Positions 38,508 through 52,245 are shown, counted from the stretch's first letter. The stretch: 64,000 nt of DNA from Octopus vulgaris (GCA_951406725.2 OX597821.1:35092001-35156000); one strand, 5' to 3'. The notes: a model not told the origin generated them from the letters alone. Made by a program: numbers and translations.

Positions 38508-38959
38508 GTTGCCAATTATGGAGTGAATTTTAGGGCTTATACATCTTATATTTTCCTATCCTTCCGTAGTACCGGTTCCCATATGCTGCTCATATCTGCA
38601 CTCGATCTGCTTAGGAGGTTGTTGTGTCCTTGCATATGTGCTGCTTCCTTTAGTTTTCGTATTTTCCAGTGGTGTTCTCTGTCTATTATTTTAACTTCAT
38701 CCCACAGGGGGAGGTGGTCTCCATTTTTCCATACATGATCAGCTATACCCGATTTATCAATATCTCCTCGTGTCACAGCTTTGCGATATTCGTCTACCTT
38801 TATTTTGAGGGGGCGGCATGTTTCGCCTTTGTATAACCTACCACAGCTCCATTGAAGTGGAGGTCTCGTCCAGTAAAGGTCGGCTTCCGGTATACGGATG
38901 TCCTGAATCCATACTTGGAGCGTGTTATTAATACTTCTAGAAATGTCTAGAAAAAGACA

Positions 38960-39483
38960 AACACCTGGCATTCCTAAACGTATTAATAACACGCACCAAG
39001 TATGGATTCAGGATATCCGTATACCGCAAGCCAACCTTTATTGGATATCTCAATTTTAATTCCCACCATCCATACAGTGTAAAGAGAGGAATTGCTCAGT
39101 GCCTAAAACATCGTGCAAAGAATATTAGTAGTGATCGCGATACACAAAAGATATGCGGCCCATATGACATCAAGACAGTTTTCAAAAGTAATACAACACT
39201 TCGCTAATATCTCCTTCGAGTAAAACTACCAATAGAAGAGAATATGACCAAAGACTGCGTGTACTCCATCCCATGCAGCCGTGGTAGGTTATAAAAAGGC
39301 GAAACATGCCGCCCCCTCAAAATAAGGGTAGACGAACATCGCAAAGCTGTGACACGAGGAGATATTGATAAATTGATTATAGCTGATCAAGTATGAAAAA
39401 ATGGAGACCACCTTCCCCTGTGGGATGAAGTTAAAATAACCGACAGAGTATATCACAGGAAAATACAAAAACTAAAAGAAGCA
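38960..39483 (+). pseudogene. Penelope-like element fragment (RT thumb plus GIY-YIG), inverted partner of 38546-38930
   Basis: LAFLNVLITRTKYGFRISVYRKPT..LNFNSHHP..VKRGI, then CVYSIPCSRGRL*KGETCRPLKIRVDEHRK. Confidence 0.88.
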
Positions 39484-39489
39484 CACAGA

Positions 39490-39560
<71 letters not shown>

Positions 39561-39634
39561 CGAGCTTCTTTCAGTTTCCGTTTACCAAATTCACTCACAA
39601 GGCTTTGGTTGGCCCGAAGCTATAGTAGAAGAAA

Positions 39635-39671
<37 letters not shown>

Positions 39672-40071
39672 TTCCTGGATTATAGTGTATTGACACTTAT
39701 CAAAATGGTTTCAAATCAAGGGCCATAAATTATATATCAGTGATATTGGCATATTCTTTCGAAACTCTCTGCGTTTGAGTTCCTCTGTAACCTCAGTCAA
39801 TTATTAATATAAATCATATGCGCATATGCTCTCATTTTGAGTTCCATTTGCTTGTTTGCATCACTAAACTTATACATACATATATACCAACACACACACA
39901 CACACATGTATACACCAATTAACTAGTATGTAGAATCCATGTATATTCTTGTGTATCGAAAAAGAAACTATGTGGAGCAGTCGCATTATAGTCCGAATTT
40001 CATTTGGCTGGTACATCGAGAAAGCAAAACAAAACAGCGTACTTTCTTCACAAAAGAAACAAATACTTCAC

Positions 40072-40180
40072 AACCGGGTTCACTCCCACTGCATGGCACC
40101 TTGGGCAAGTGTCTTCTACTATAGCCTCGGGCCGACCAAAGCCTTGTGAGTTGATTTGGTAGACGGAAACTGAAAGAATC
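40072..40180 (+). mobile_element. SINE family C fragment (CORE-like part)
   Basis: ccgggttcactcccactgcatggcaccttgggcaagtgtcttctactatagcctcggg. Confidence 0.8.
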
Positions 40181-40658
40181 GAACATAGGACCTTACGATC
40201 GTAATGTCGTGAGCCGAATACCCAAACCATTAAGCCATACACCTTCACATTGGATTTTAACGTAAAATAAACAAACTACGTGACCTCTTACATGATGAAG
40301 GGGAGGATAAGCCTCGTACAAACCTAAAATTTATCGTGCGATAGATCAAGCAAGCGTCTAAAGTAATTTTTCATAAGAGAGAGGCAACAGTGAATGAAAA
40401 TGAATTCCTTCGGACAATATATTTCTTAGATATTTTATCGATCTTGGGTTGCTGTAAATCCAAAAGTGACACCCTAAAACTAGAATCTTGTGAAATACGG
40501 AATTTAATGTTGAAACTGTTTCCAAATCTTCAGTGGCAGGAATAAAGAATGAAAGCAGAATCAGAGAAGAGTGCAGACATGGTCTGTCCTTGAAGAGAAG
40601 CGCTGCAAAAAGTCTGCTGACATCGCAAAATGTCATTTAGATCTATTTTCCTTGAAGA

Positions 40659-40705
<47 letters not shown>

Positions 40706-40894
40706 GAGAGAGAGAAGGACAGGGGGTGAGAATGAGAGAGATATCACACAATTAGGAAACCTTGTAACCGTGTATATATACGTGTATGTATATGTGCGTA
40801 TGAATACATATATGAGTGTGTATTTATCTATCTAGTTATCTGTATGCTATACATATATGTATATATATATACATGCAGACCTATATCGTATATA

Positions 40895-40984
<90 letters not shown>

Positions 40985-41104
40985 GCATACAGAGTACATA
41001 TAGGAAGAAAGACACGGCTAACAATTGTGTTCTGTATTTCTCTGTTTAACAAAATTATTGCTTACTATGTTATTAAGTATACGTATAAAGGAGTGTGGGC
41101 GAGA

Positions 41105-41144
<40 letters not shown>

Positions 41145-42173
41145 GAAACGAAAAAAAAATTAATTTCAATTCACTAAGAAATAATTAAATTCTACAGGAA
41201 ATTGTTGTTTTTTTTTAAAAAGAAAACATCAACAACAAAGAAGGCTTTTATACGTTAAAGCAGGACAAACTGTTAGAGGGCGCACCAGTCGGGGTTAGTG
41301 TTAACAATAGGAACTATATGTTTGCATCTCAGTGTTATTTTTTGTATGTGCTTGTGTGTTTGTGTGTTCGTGCGTAAGTATATTCATACACACGCGCGTG
41401 CATATGTATATATAACCATACTATAAACAAATATTCATAATCTCACATACATGCATTCACTCATACATACACACTTACATACATATATACATACATACAC
41501 ATATACATGCATACATATATACATACATACATAGATGGTTAATAAATGTGCATATATATGTAAATATGTGCGTATATATAAATTGTATGCAAAATCTCCA
41601 AAATATTAATTAATAGAACTTCATTTATGTTTATATATTTTATATTATATAACTGATGTTATCATGTTTTTTTGTTTATTATATACTTTCTATTTATTTA
41701 TTTATATTTTGGAATTGATACAAGCTGTAGCTTCCTTGATATGCTAATAATTACGATAACAAGAGTCTGATTAATAGACAGATGTTACCAATGTGTTGCA
41801 GTATTTCTCTAAGGACATTCTATAAAGTTATTCGACTAGCTAGAAATATCAACCAAATCACTCTCAAATGAAGCCCTGTCGTCTTCGATAGAGACGGATT
41901 CATCGGACAATGTAGCTGCCCATATATATAAAAAAAGACGTGATGGTCACTGGTGATGTGCCTTTAGACATAACTTAGCTCTTTAGAGGATTACTTGATG
42001 CTAAGCAACGATGGGTCCTGGTCATTAAGCGTAAAATCTAGTTAACCGAATATGACCCTTTTAAGCTTTCAAGGAAGTTTCTCCAAGGTCGAAATAGTTA
42101 GTCAAATCTCCCTAAACCACACCTTCTGTGCTTATAAGAAGGTGCTTATAGGTTATACTATATGATAATAATG

Positions 42174-42205
<32 letters not shown>

Positions 42206-42451
42206 AATAAGCATCAAGTCATCCTCCAAAGAGCTAGTTATGACTAAAGGCATATTACTCATGACCATCACGTCAAATTTTAAAACAAACTCAATTTTCT
42301 CATGTTTTCTTAAACATTCTCTAGAACAATACTATGTGCAAAACCAAATATATGATACCCTAGGCATAACACCGACATGAACTTCTAACTTGTTGTATCT
42401 TGAGGTGAGACTTGGAGCCAACTTGTACAAATACAAAGCAAAAGTCAAACA

Positions 42452-42485
<34 letters not shown>

Positions 42486-42529
42486 GTTTTAGATTTTGCC
42501 ACACAGGCATCAATTTTGGGGGAGAGGAT

Positions 42530-42760
42530 GAGTCTCTGTGGCCGATCAGGCCGATGCGTGCTCCAAGAGTTCTACCGCATGTTGGGCGCTGGTGATCTGC
42601 TGGGGAGGAGGACAAGGAGTTGGTTCTGGACTTGCGCAGCTCACGTGTTCTTTGTGCTTCGGCGCTCCAATTTTGTTCGTAGGAGGGGTACGTCTGTTAC
42701 TGTAGTTATGCCTGGCAGAGCGGTCCTGTGCCTGCATGTCCCTTGTGTCGGGTTTGAACT
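42530..42760 (-). pseudogene. RTE (BovB-like) LINE C-terminal fragment
   Basis: Minus strand HQRPTCGRTLGARIGLIGH resembles the RTE terminal CxxC..RIGLxSH zinc finger. Confidence 0.6.
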
Positions 42761-42984
42761 GAAAGACGGAATATTAATGATTTGAATCGTTTTGATCATT
42801 GTTGTGGTCCATCGAGACCAATGTTGATCTAAACAACATCAAAAATATAAAAGAATAATCGATATTTCTGATGGAAAAGAAACGCGAAGCAAAATGTAAA
42901 CTTTCGAAGACATGTCGAGAGTAGGATACTGTTTCAGTCCGTAATTGAAAGTTCTTCATTTTATAGTATTAGAACAATTAATAA

Positions 42985-43175
42985 AGCGCCGAGCTGGCAG
43001 AATTGTTAACACGCCGGGCACAATGCTTAGCGGCACTTTCTCCGTCTTCCGCCGAGGTTGACTGTTTTCCTCATTTCGGGGTCGATAAAATAAGTACCAA
43101 TTAAACACTGAGGTCTTTGTAATTGACTTACAGCTCCCACCGAAATTGCTGGCCTTGTGCCAACATTTCAAACCA
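42985..43175 (+). mobile_element. SINE family B, alternative tail
   Basis: gccgagctggcagaattgttaacacgccggg...gaaattgctggccttgtgccaacatttcaaacc. Confidence 0.75.
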
Positions 43176-43469
43176 GTATTTCAGCCGTTAGGAAAATTGG
43201 TTAATAATACTAGGAATATATATTATCTTCCGATATACGGCAACATTCGTATCTAGAAGAAAAATTAATAAATTGTATTTGAAGGATGAAGAAAATTAAA
43301 ATCAGTAAGATGAAAAATTGGTTTCAGCCATTTATAGAGTTGGAAAACAAGGACGTTGTCAATGATGCAGCATACTGTGTCAAAACTATTTTCATCTTTT
43401 CTACAATAGCAAACATACCAGCCATCGAGGAAGTTTCTGCCTGGTCACGACTGTAGTACCGATAATAAT

Positions 43470-43683
43470 GATTTCAAATTTTGGCACTAGGCCAGCAAGT
43501 TTTTGGAGAAGGGAAAGGTCGATTACATCGGCCTTAGGGCTCAACCTGTACTTATTTTATCGATCTCCAAAGGATGAAAGGCAAAGCCGATCGCGACAAA
43601 ATTTGAACTCAGAAGGTAAAGTCGAACAAAATGCCGCCAAGCATTTTCCTGGCGTGCTAACGAGTCTGCCAGCTCACCGCCTT
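43470..43683 (-). mobile_element. SINE family B, alternative tail
   Basis: aaggcggtgagctggcagactcgttagcacgcc head on the minus strand. Confidence 0.75.
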
Positions 43684-43707
43684 TGGAGTACCGATTGGTA
43701 TAAAAAA

Positions 43708-44165
43708 CGGGCTACAGTAAATATTTTACTCAGTACCACAGATTTGTTTGTCAGTTGTTTGACCTTAACCAGTTGACCATGTCCCTTAGTGGCTGACGAT
43801 ATGTGCATCTCTGATCACAAGCAGAAGTAGTGGGGAGCGTCATAGCCATGTGTTGAAAGGAATTCTTGGAGGTTTGGATAATTCACCTTTGGAAATATGG
43901 GTGTTTCGTTCAGCATGCTTAAACAACCCTTATTCAGGGAACTTTTGAGCGAGATGGGCTACTCAACCTGGAGAAAATTCTAACTGGGCCCCACCTGCAA
44001 GGTCATGCGCTGTTTATCTTAATATGAGATCACCATGCCGCACACATATGGTTGTGATGCATGTGTCTAGTGTACCCTTATCAGACGGGTAGTTATGCTG
44101 GATACACTGGGCTTCGTATATCTTACCCCAGTGTCACATTGATGGCATGCACTGCTCTCTCACTC

Positions 44166-44209
<44 letters not shown>

Positions 44210-44258
44210 TAATAATAACAATAATAATAATGATAATAGTAATAATAATAATGATAAT
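43708..44258 (+). mobile_element. probable non-LTR retrotransposon 3' UTR with (AAT)n tail (RTEX-like)
   Basis: Non-coding higher-GC block ending cactgctctctcactc(aat)n; family assignment from recall only. Confidence 0.5.
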
Positions 44259-44797
44259 GCTTTCTTTTATGGGGGAGGGGGATAGTCGATTTCATCGACC
44301 CAGTACTCAACTGGTACTTATTTCAAAGCATTTTGCCCGGCGCGATAACGATCCTGCCAGCTCGTCGCCGTATCCGAAAATAATAATCCATTCTAATATA
44401 GGCTAAATTTTGTTTTAAGAGTAGTCAGTTACATTGGCCCATGTGCTTTATTTCGTCGTTCCCGAAATAATGAAATGGAAAGTTAATCGTGGCTAGATTT
44501 GATCCAAGCGTAATAAACAGAGACAAATACCGCGAGGTATTTTGACTAACCCTCTAACAATTTGATCAAACCACTTACATTTTAGATAAAAATTTTCTTC
44601 CTTAGGTGCAAGGCCTGAAGTTTATGGGGAAGGGTTCTTCAATGAAATCGAGATCGGTTCTTGACTAGGACTTTATTTTATCGACTTCGAAAGGACGAAA
44701 GCGAAGTTGACATCGGTGGGATTCGAACTCAGAATGTAAGAAGCTGGAACAATCGCTGTAATACATTTTCCCGACGCTCTAACGATTCTGCCAATCC

Positions 44798-45533
44798 ACA
44801 GCAGCTGTGATGGCCCAACTCTCCAAACCGGCATGGGACAACAAAAAGCTGACCAAGACCACGAAAATGAAGATTTACCATGCATGTGTACTTAGCACCT
44901 GGACACCATACACACGCCAAGAGCGTCGCCTAAATATCTTTCACCTGCGCTGCCTCCGGAAAATTCTTGGCATCAAATGGCAGAATCGTGTCCTCAACAA
45001 AGATGTCCTCAAGCAAGCAGGAATACTAAATATTTTTGCACTCCTCAGAAAAAGACGTATGAGATGGCTTGGACATGTTAGTCGTATGGAAGATGGTAGA
45101 ATCCCCAAGGAATACTCTACGGAGAGCTTGCTAGGGGTACCATGTCTGTGGGAAGACAGTTCTTACGATACAAGGATGTTTGCAAAAGGGACATGAAGGC
45201 CTGCGACATCAATATTAGCAACTGGGAAGTGGTTACCAGCAACCGTGGAGGTTGGCGACGCACCATAGAAGAGGGAACACAAAGGAGTGACAGAGGGAGA
45301 GAGGAGAAATAAAAAGACAAGAAAAGACGTCAACAAGAAACTATGACATTACAAGCAGTCAGGCAAAGTCTTCGCTACATTTGCGGCACCTGCCAGAGGG
45401 AGTGTTTGTCCAGGATAGGACTACACAGCCACAGCAGGAGATGTATTAGGACATGAAATGTAAAAACCGGACTGGATTATTTTACGCGCAACTCCATTGT
45501 CTCCCGAGACAAAAGGATGCCGACAACAACAAC
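44798..45533 (+). pseudogene. 5'-truncated RTE (BovB-like) LINE
   Basis: TKMKIYHACVLST..FHLRCLRKILGIKWQNRV..RMRWLGHVSRMEDGRIPK, frameshift, LYGEL..RYKDVCKRDMK..CGTCQRECLSRIGLHSHSRRC; (CAA)n tail. Confidence 0.92.
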
Positions 45534-45572
45534 TGCCCTAATACTTTCTAGCATAGGTTAAGCAGGAGGGAA

Positions 45573-45803
45573 GGCGGCGAGCTGGCAGAAACGTTAAGCA
45601 CGTCGGGCGAAATGCTTAGCGGTATTTCGTCTGCCGTTTCGCTGTGAGTTCAAATTCCGCCGAGGTCGACTTTACCTTTCATTCTTTCGGGGTCGATAAA
45701 TAAAGTACCATTCACGCACTGGGTCGATGTAATCGACTTAATACCTATGTCTGTCCTTGTTTGTCCCCTCTATGTTTAGCCCCTTGTGGGTAATAAAGGA
45801 ATA
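45573..45803 (+). mobile_element. SINE family B, full length
   Basis: Duplicated ataggttaagcaggagg at 45553-45569 and 45801-45817. Confidence 0.9.
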
Positions 45804-47099
45804 GGTTAAGCAGGAGGAAGTGAGCAGTCAATTATATCACCACCTAAGTTTTTGACACAGAATGATGAAAAATATGCTGGCCTCGACGTATTTTGAAATC
45901 AGATCGTCAGATCGTAAAAGGCTACGACTCGATTGTATTTTGTTCGACACTCTAACGATTTTCCTTTCTCTGTTTTATCTTGGAGTTTTCTTAGATAAAA
46001 CTTATATTTGAAAAAAAAAAAAAGAACGCGTTTCTTTGCTTAATGAAAAGTCAAAGAAATTCTGCCATTACAAAGTATTGTTATTACAAAATTATATGTT
46101 TACTTTGTATAATTTGCTTCAGTGCTTCCTTTTTTCATACTTTTCTTTTTAGGTAAGTGTTTTGTTGCTCTATTTTTCATAAAACCAAGTAAATGAGGCA
46201 ACTTATCCAAGGTATATATTATTACTCTTGTATTCTAAAATGAAATTAAAAAAAACACACACAGTAAACCATGATATGAAATCACATTTTCTTTAATGGT
46301 ATTTAATAAAAAAAATGTTTCGTAATTTCAAAAATACAAATGAAAAAGATGAGGTTTGTGTGCTTTCAAAGTTACTTTCCAAAAAAGAAAGAGAAAAAGA
46401 GTGGGAGAGAGAGAGAGAGTGACTGAGAGAGAAAGAAAGAGTGAAGGAAAGAGAGATAGGGAAAGATAGAGAGAGAGAGAAAAAGAGATTATTTAGCGTA
46501 AAGTTTACAAGGTGAAAAAAAGATGGCCAATACTGAAGTTGGAAGACTTTAAATACTTTTTCTAAATAACTGAAAATTCAATAGAAAACATCTGCTTTCT
46601 TTGTATCTAAATTTTTGCTTTTCTAGGATTTCCGAATTTCAAAAACCAGGTTTATCTTTAGTTTATGTACACATAATTTTAAGCCAATAAGAAATTAGTA
46701 GTTTATGGGGAATCTTCAGTAATGTTACCTCCCAGAAATAATATACCAAACTCGGCCGTTGAGAGTAAAATATTTTGTTTCGGGACACACTGCAATTGTT
46801 ACTAGAGAACTTGAATCAGCGACCCATCAGCAGGTTGTTCTTTACTCGGTCTGTTTGTCTGTGACAGATTTTTATTTATTTATTTATTTATTATATAAAG
46901 TTATGATAAGAATAATCCTTTCTGCTATAGGCATAAGATTCAATATGTTCTGAGAGGGAGCTTGACGACTACATCAATTCCTGGGCTCAAGTCATGCTTA
47001 TTTAATCGACCTGGAAACGAGGAAAAGCAAAGCTGACCTCAGCAGAATTTGAACCCAAGCGTAAAGACGGACAAGATGCCGGTAAGCAACAATAACAAT

Positions 47100-48225
47100 A
47101 TCGGTTTTTCGTTACACTCCGCCTCTATTACAGAGAGTCGTAGCACTGAAGTACATCCTACGATTTGATTCGATACTTATTCTGAACAGTCGCATACATT
47201 ACCACTAAAAAGACGCACACATCTGTTTCGGATTTAGTAGCAGGCCGTCGTCATGATCCACCAAAGACCGAATTGTGGCTTTGTTGCTACGTTGCGTATC
47301 TGTTATTCAGGGCCATCGAAAGGATTATATTTATTTGTAATCTAGAGCAAGCACTTTAGCTCCGACAACAAAACCAAATACGCCTTCGACAACAAATCAG
47401 CCACATTTCTTTTAAGTTTTTAACTAGAACTCCTTCTAACCCAGTTTTTCTTATCCCTAGTCTCTTACTGAAACATCAATTCAGTCGTAAATGCTAGCAT
47501 TACGTCGAACGATCATTTATTGTTGACGATTGCTCCCGTCAACAGCCGCTGAACTACTTCGATAATCTGTTCGTCGTAAGCTTTGCACGTTGAGAAAGAT
47601 GCCTTCAGCTTCTTTTAAACTACAAAACCTAATTAGGAAAACCGTACAAATTTCCAATTGGTAGTTTATGTAGTCGGTGACTTTAGATTGCGGACAACTC
47701 ACTCTATACCTAACTACCGACACGCAGAATAGTCTATCTAGACACGATCTTGAAGAACAAATGTGTTTGGGCTCTGACCACATTGGAGCATTCGGGAAAC
47801 CCAACCTCTACTCGTCAGACTCTTAAAAATGTTTAAGGGCTTTTGTGAAGCATTTTCATCCTTTCTGATATTGACATCTCCACACATTATACATCCAAGA
47901 TGCCGTTCTAATTTCCCACTAACATGAAAATGTAACACATTTCTAAGAAGGACTAGATGCGCGAAGAAATCTGGCCTTCCTGCCCTTGTTGGGGAGTTGA
48001 CGGCCACTAGTAATAAAGTATGACTTCCACTGTTGTTTACGTCCAGTACTATCAACTGACCTATGAGTTCAAAAACAGACAGCCCGCATTGCGAGATCCA
48101 GGCCCTTCCGAAATAGCACTGCGACTCTACCTACAAATCCAGGTCGATTTGGAGATGCGCACACCTCATAGCCGCCGATGTTGGGCACGAACGCTCACAC
48201 CTCGGAAATTTTGGTCCCATTGATT
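47100..48225 (-). pseudogene. degenerate L1/Tx1-type LINE ORF2 (APE endonuclease region)
   Basis: Pieces GRVAVLFRKGLDL, GQLIVLDV..LVAVNSP..RPDFF, LVGN*NGILD, SRSCLDRLF and KLKASF in the order expected for L1/Tx1 APE. Confidence 0.7.
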
Positions 48226-48995
48226 GTCACCACATCTATGTCTAGTGACATATCACTAGACAGATACAAATGCAGCGCTCCCGATGATCGATCTTTGAAT
48301 TTCTAAGGTTAAAGATCAATTTTCTATAAACAAAATCTAACAAATGTACTGAGAAGGACCTGAGCGTGTGATAGCGTGTAGATTAGTGAGCGACATTAAC
48401 AGAACACGTCTACTCTTATGTTACTAGTTTCAAAAAGTGAAACATCTGTTTCTCGAAGTATAACATTTTATTATAGCACTTAAAAAAAATCTTCAACAAC
48501 TGATCGGAATTGGTGAATTCTTGCAGACATTTCTATCTTTAATTAATACCAACTACTCGTGTGTCTAAAATATTTTATTTTTGCATAATGGATTTGCAAC
48601 ACTATGAAATAAAATTGAAGAATTTAAAAAGAAAACAAAAAGAAAAAAACAAAAAAAGGAAAAAAAAAGACAAGGAAACATTTATCAACTTATCAACATT
48701 GAAACTCCATGAAGGCAAAATGCTTTTCCTGCTTAAGAGTAATTTATATAGAAAGTACCCAAAATACGGAAAATCTTTGTCAGTTTTCGTAAGTCAATAC
48801 GCGTAAATAACACAAATCATTAAATTAATGTGTGGCGTATTTCCTAACGGTTTTTGATATTCAATTATCAACATATGTCGTAAGCGTATTTACGAATATT
48901 TTTGCTTATATATTGTCATGTTACTTCCTTGGATAAATCATTTGAATTATTAGAGTGTATGCATGTATCTGTGTTCATACACACACACGCACACA

Positions 48996-49032
<37 letters not shown>

Positions 49033-49267
49033 ACGCAGACAGACATACAGACACACGAACACAGGCACATACACACACACACACACATACACACACACGC
49101 ACAATACTATATTATTCAAAAACTGTTTGATTGGTCACCACTCAAAGTTTTATAGGCACCCCAAACTGACCTATGAAAGTAGGTTGAATCAAACTGTTAT
49201 TAAATATGAATAACTCTAGTCACATGTATTGGTGCTACATTCACTCATTTCTCCACTCAATCGTATG

Positions 49268-49319
<52 letters not shown>

Positions 49320-49636
49320 GTGGAGGCGCAATGGCCGAGTGGGGTTAGGGCAGTGGACTCGCGGTCGTAGAATCGTGGTTTCGATTCCCAGGCCGGGCGT
49401 TGTGAGTGTTTATTGAGCGAAAACACCTAAAGCTTCACGAGGCTCCGGCAGGGGTGGGTGGTGGAGAACTCTGCTGTACTCTTTCGCCACAACTTTCTCT
49501 CACTCTTTCTTCTGTTGGCCTGCTCGCTTAGTCAGTGGGGTGGCGTCATTTAAAGGCTAAAACAATGCGAAGCGCATTGTGACCAGCGATGTGTAGAAAC
49601 ATCTGATAGCCTGGTCGGTCACGGTGATCACGGTGA
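49320..49636 (+). mobile_element. SINE family A, full length
   Basis: gtggaggcgcaatggccgagtgg...tagcctggtcggtcacggtgatcacggtga. Confidence 0.9.
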
Positions 49637-49761
49637 TATATATAAGTACATAATAGAGAAATTATACTAAATGTATAGATAGATGATGAGTAAAGCACCG
49701 GCACAGTATCGATTACCTGTTGTTATCAGTAGATTTATTGCAGGAACTTCGTATATATATA

Positions 49762-49918
49762 GGTGTGGCTGTGTGGTAAGAAATTTGCTTCCCAACTACA
49801 TAGTTCCGGGTTCAGTCCTACTGCGTGATATCTTGGGCAAGTGTCTTCTACTATAGCCCCTGTCCGACCAAAGCCTTGTAAGTGGATTTGGAAGACGGAA
49901 ACTGAAAGAAGCTCGTCG

Positions 49919-49968
<50 letters not shown>

Positions 49969-50192
49969 AGTGGGTGGGTGTGCTTGTATATCTGTGTTTG
50001 CCCCCACCAACCATCGCTTGAGAACCGATGTTGGTGTGTTTACACCCCCGTAAATTAGAAGTTCGGCAAAAGAGCCCGATAGAATAAGTACTAGGTTTAC
50101 GAGGAATAAGTCCTGGGGTCGATTTGTTCGACTAAAGGCAGTGTTCCTGCATGACCGCAGACAAATGACTGAAACAAGTAAAAGTAAAAGAA
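49762..50192 (+). mobile_element. SINE family C, full length
   Basis: Head, CORE-like motif, internal (TA)n(TG)n, tail gactgaaacaagtaaaag. Confidence 0.88.
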
Positions 50193-50197
50193 TATAT

Positions 50198-50253
<56 letters not shown>

Positions 50254-51011
50254 TATTGATTTGTTATTATATGACGGAGCGCACGCATCCATTTCTAAGT
50301 AAGTTTGTTCTCAATATTAATAACGATGCGCACTCTTAACCTTTCTGTCCCCCACCCTTTCTCAGCCTTCATTCTTTCTGGTTTTCTCTACAACCATTCT
50401 CTTTTTTTCTCTCCCTTTCTCTTACTCCTCCTCCTCTGTCCCGTCGCTAACCAGCGACGAGAAAACTACTGTCTTTCTGACCTCGCTTCCTTCGAGTGTA
50501 GACGGCTTTCCTGTGTTTCTCCTTCCCCGTTCTCAAAAAGCGTTCGTAATATTTTCTCTCGTTTGGTTTAACAACCCTCATTGTCTGTGTTGCTGTTATT
50601 CTCCTTGTCCTGTCTTTTACTATTTATATTTTGTACTGTCTTTACTGTCCTGTTTTTGTTACCATTTTTACCCCTCCGCAAAAAATCTCAAATTTTATTT
50701 AATTTGCCTTTTGCGGGAAGGAATGTTTCAACGAAGTCGTGTCTCGCCTTTACCTTCGAAACACGGAGTAGATGAAAGAATGGCGATTGAAAAAGGGAAA
50801 TTTTCCTTGTGTTGTATGTCCTGTACTCTATTTTTTCGTTGTTTAAGAAAAATGTCCATTTCCTTGGTTTTGTGTTTATGTTTTCGTTTCTCATTGTGTT
50901 CGACGTTTTTTTGGTGTCCTGAACCCTTATATGCATGTATATATACATGTAAATGTTGGTACGTACATATATGTATGTATATATGCATATGTTTTATTTA
51001 TTAATTTGTTG

Positions 51012-51059
<48 letters not shown>

Positions 51060-51129
51060 TATTCAAGGGAATTCCAACTCTGTTTTTTATGTTTTATTTA
51101 TATTCTTTATAATATTAATGTAGAATAAC

Positions 51130-51188
51130 GCGGTGCTCCAGCATGGCCGCAGTCAAATGACTGAAACAAGTAAAAGAGTAAAGAGAGT
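51130..51188 (+). mobile_element. isolated SINE family C tail (extreme 5' truncation)
   Basis: gcggtgctccagcatggccgcagtcaaatgactgaaacaagtaaaagagtaaagagag. Confidence 0.85.
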
Positions 51189-51302
51189 ATATAGTGTAAA
51201 TAATATATATATAGTAAAATGAAATGCTGAATATAAAATATTAGGGGACTAGTATACTTTCTTGCATTAAAGCAGTCTTCAAGGTCCCACGTTGTGACAG
51301 GA

Positions 51303-51355
<53 letters not shown>

Positions 51356-51655
51356 CACAAACGTATATAAATGTATATATTTAAATGTGTACATACATAT
51401 AGGTAGATAGACAGACAGACAGATAGTCAGACACACAGTTCATTAGTTGGTTACTTAATTAATTAGTTAGACAGTTATTTACTTAGTTATCTGATGTATC
51501 CGCATAAATCATTTAACCGGACATTTTACATATATTAGGCTAAAAAAAATCAACAATAAGAGCAAAACCAACGTATAAGTTTTTTCTCCTGATATACTTC
51601 CCGTATTTCGAAGAATAAATAAGATACTAAAATAATAATAATAATAATAATAATG

Positions 51656-51690
<35 letters not shown>

Positions 51691-52213
51691 CTCTCACCCA
51701 AAGTTTAAAAATAATTAAAATCAAAAGAATGTGCTACGGTGGAAGGAAGGAAAGGATAGAATGAACCCCAAATGTAAGAACGAAAATAGATGTTCCGAAT
51801 AGTTTTAAGAAGATCTATAAAAAGACCAGTGTGTGTGTGTTCTTGCATTTCAAAGCGGATAAACGAGGAATAAAAAGTCTTTAAAAAAAGGGTTAGGTTT
51901 TCATAGGGAAATACTTGGCACGATAAAAATAGTTAACAACTCCGAAACTTCTCTTGCTTTCTCTTTCCCTCCCTCTTTCTCTCTCTCTATCGCTTTCTCC
52001 TCATATAATTATCTCTCTGTATCTTTATTTCCACACATTTTCTGACTATATTTCTTATCCTTTTTCTTGTTCAGTTTCTTTTTTTTTGTTTATTTTTCTT
52101 TATTACTTTTCATCAGTGCAAACATACACACTCACACACACACACATACACACGCACACGAATAATATATACCCATTCACAACCGCACAAGTATGTTTGC
52201 GTGTGAATGTATG

Positions 52214-52245
<32 letters not shown>

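Larger units (their letters stand above)
38258..38930 (-). mobile_element. Penelope-like element 3' part: GIY-YIG endonuclease plus pLTR
   Basis: CGRLYKGETCRPLKIKVDEYRKAV..SGIADHVW..H..WDEVKII..RKLKEAAHM, stop at 38546, then a tRNA-like segment and a hammerhead. Confidence 0.88.

Noticed and set aside
40358-40650. Minus-strand exon after a (CT)n tract
   Set aside because: The pyrimidine tract is a microsatellite, the acceptor is a weak AAG, and the peptide is unrecognisable.
48239-48262. Hairpin tgtctagtga-cata-tcactagaca as a terminator or miRNA
   Set aside because: Only a 10-bp stem at the edge of a decayed Tx1-like LINE, too short for a pre-miRNA and with no other support.
49320-49395. 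tRNA genes at SINE heads and at 38434-38507
   Set aside because: A and B boxes are present, but acceptor stems are broken and the sequence continues into repeat bodies.
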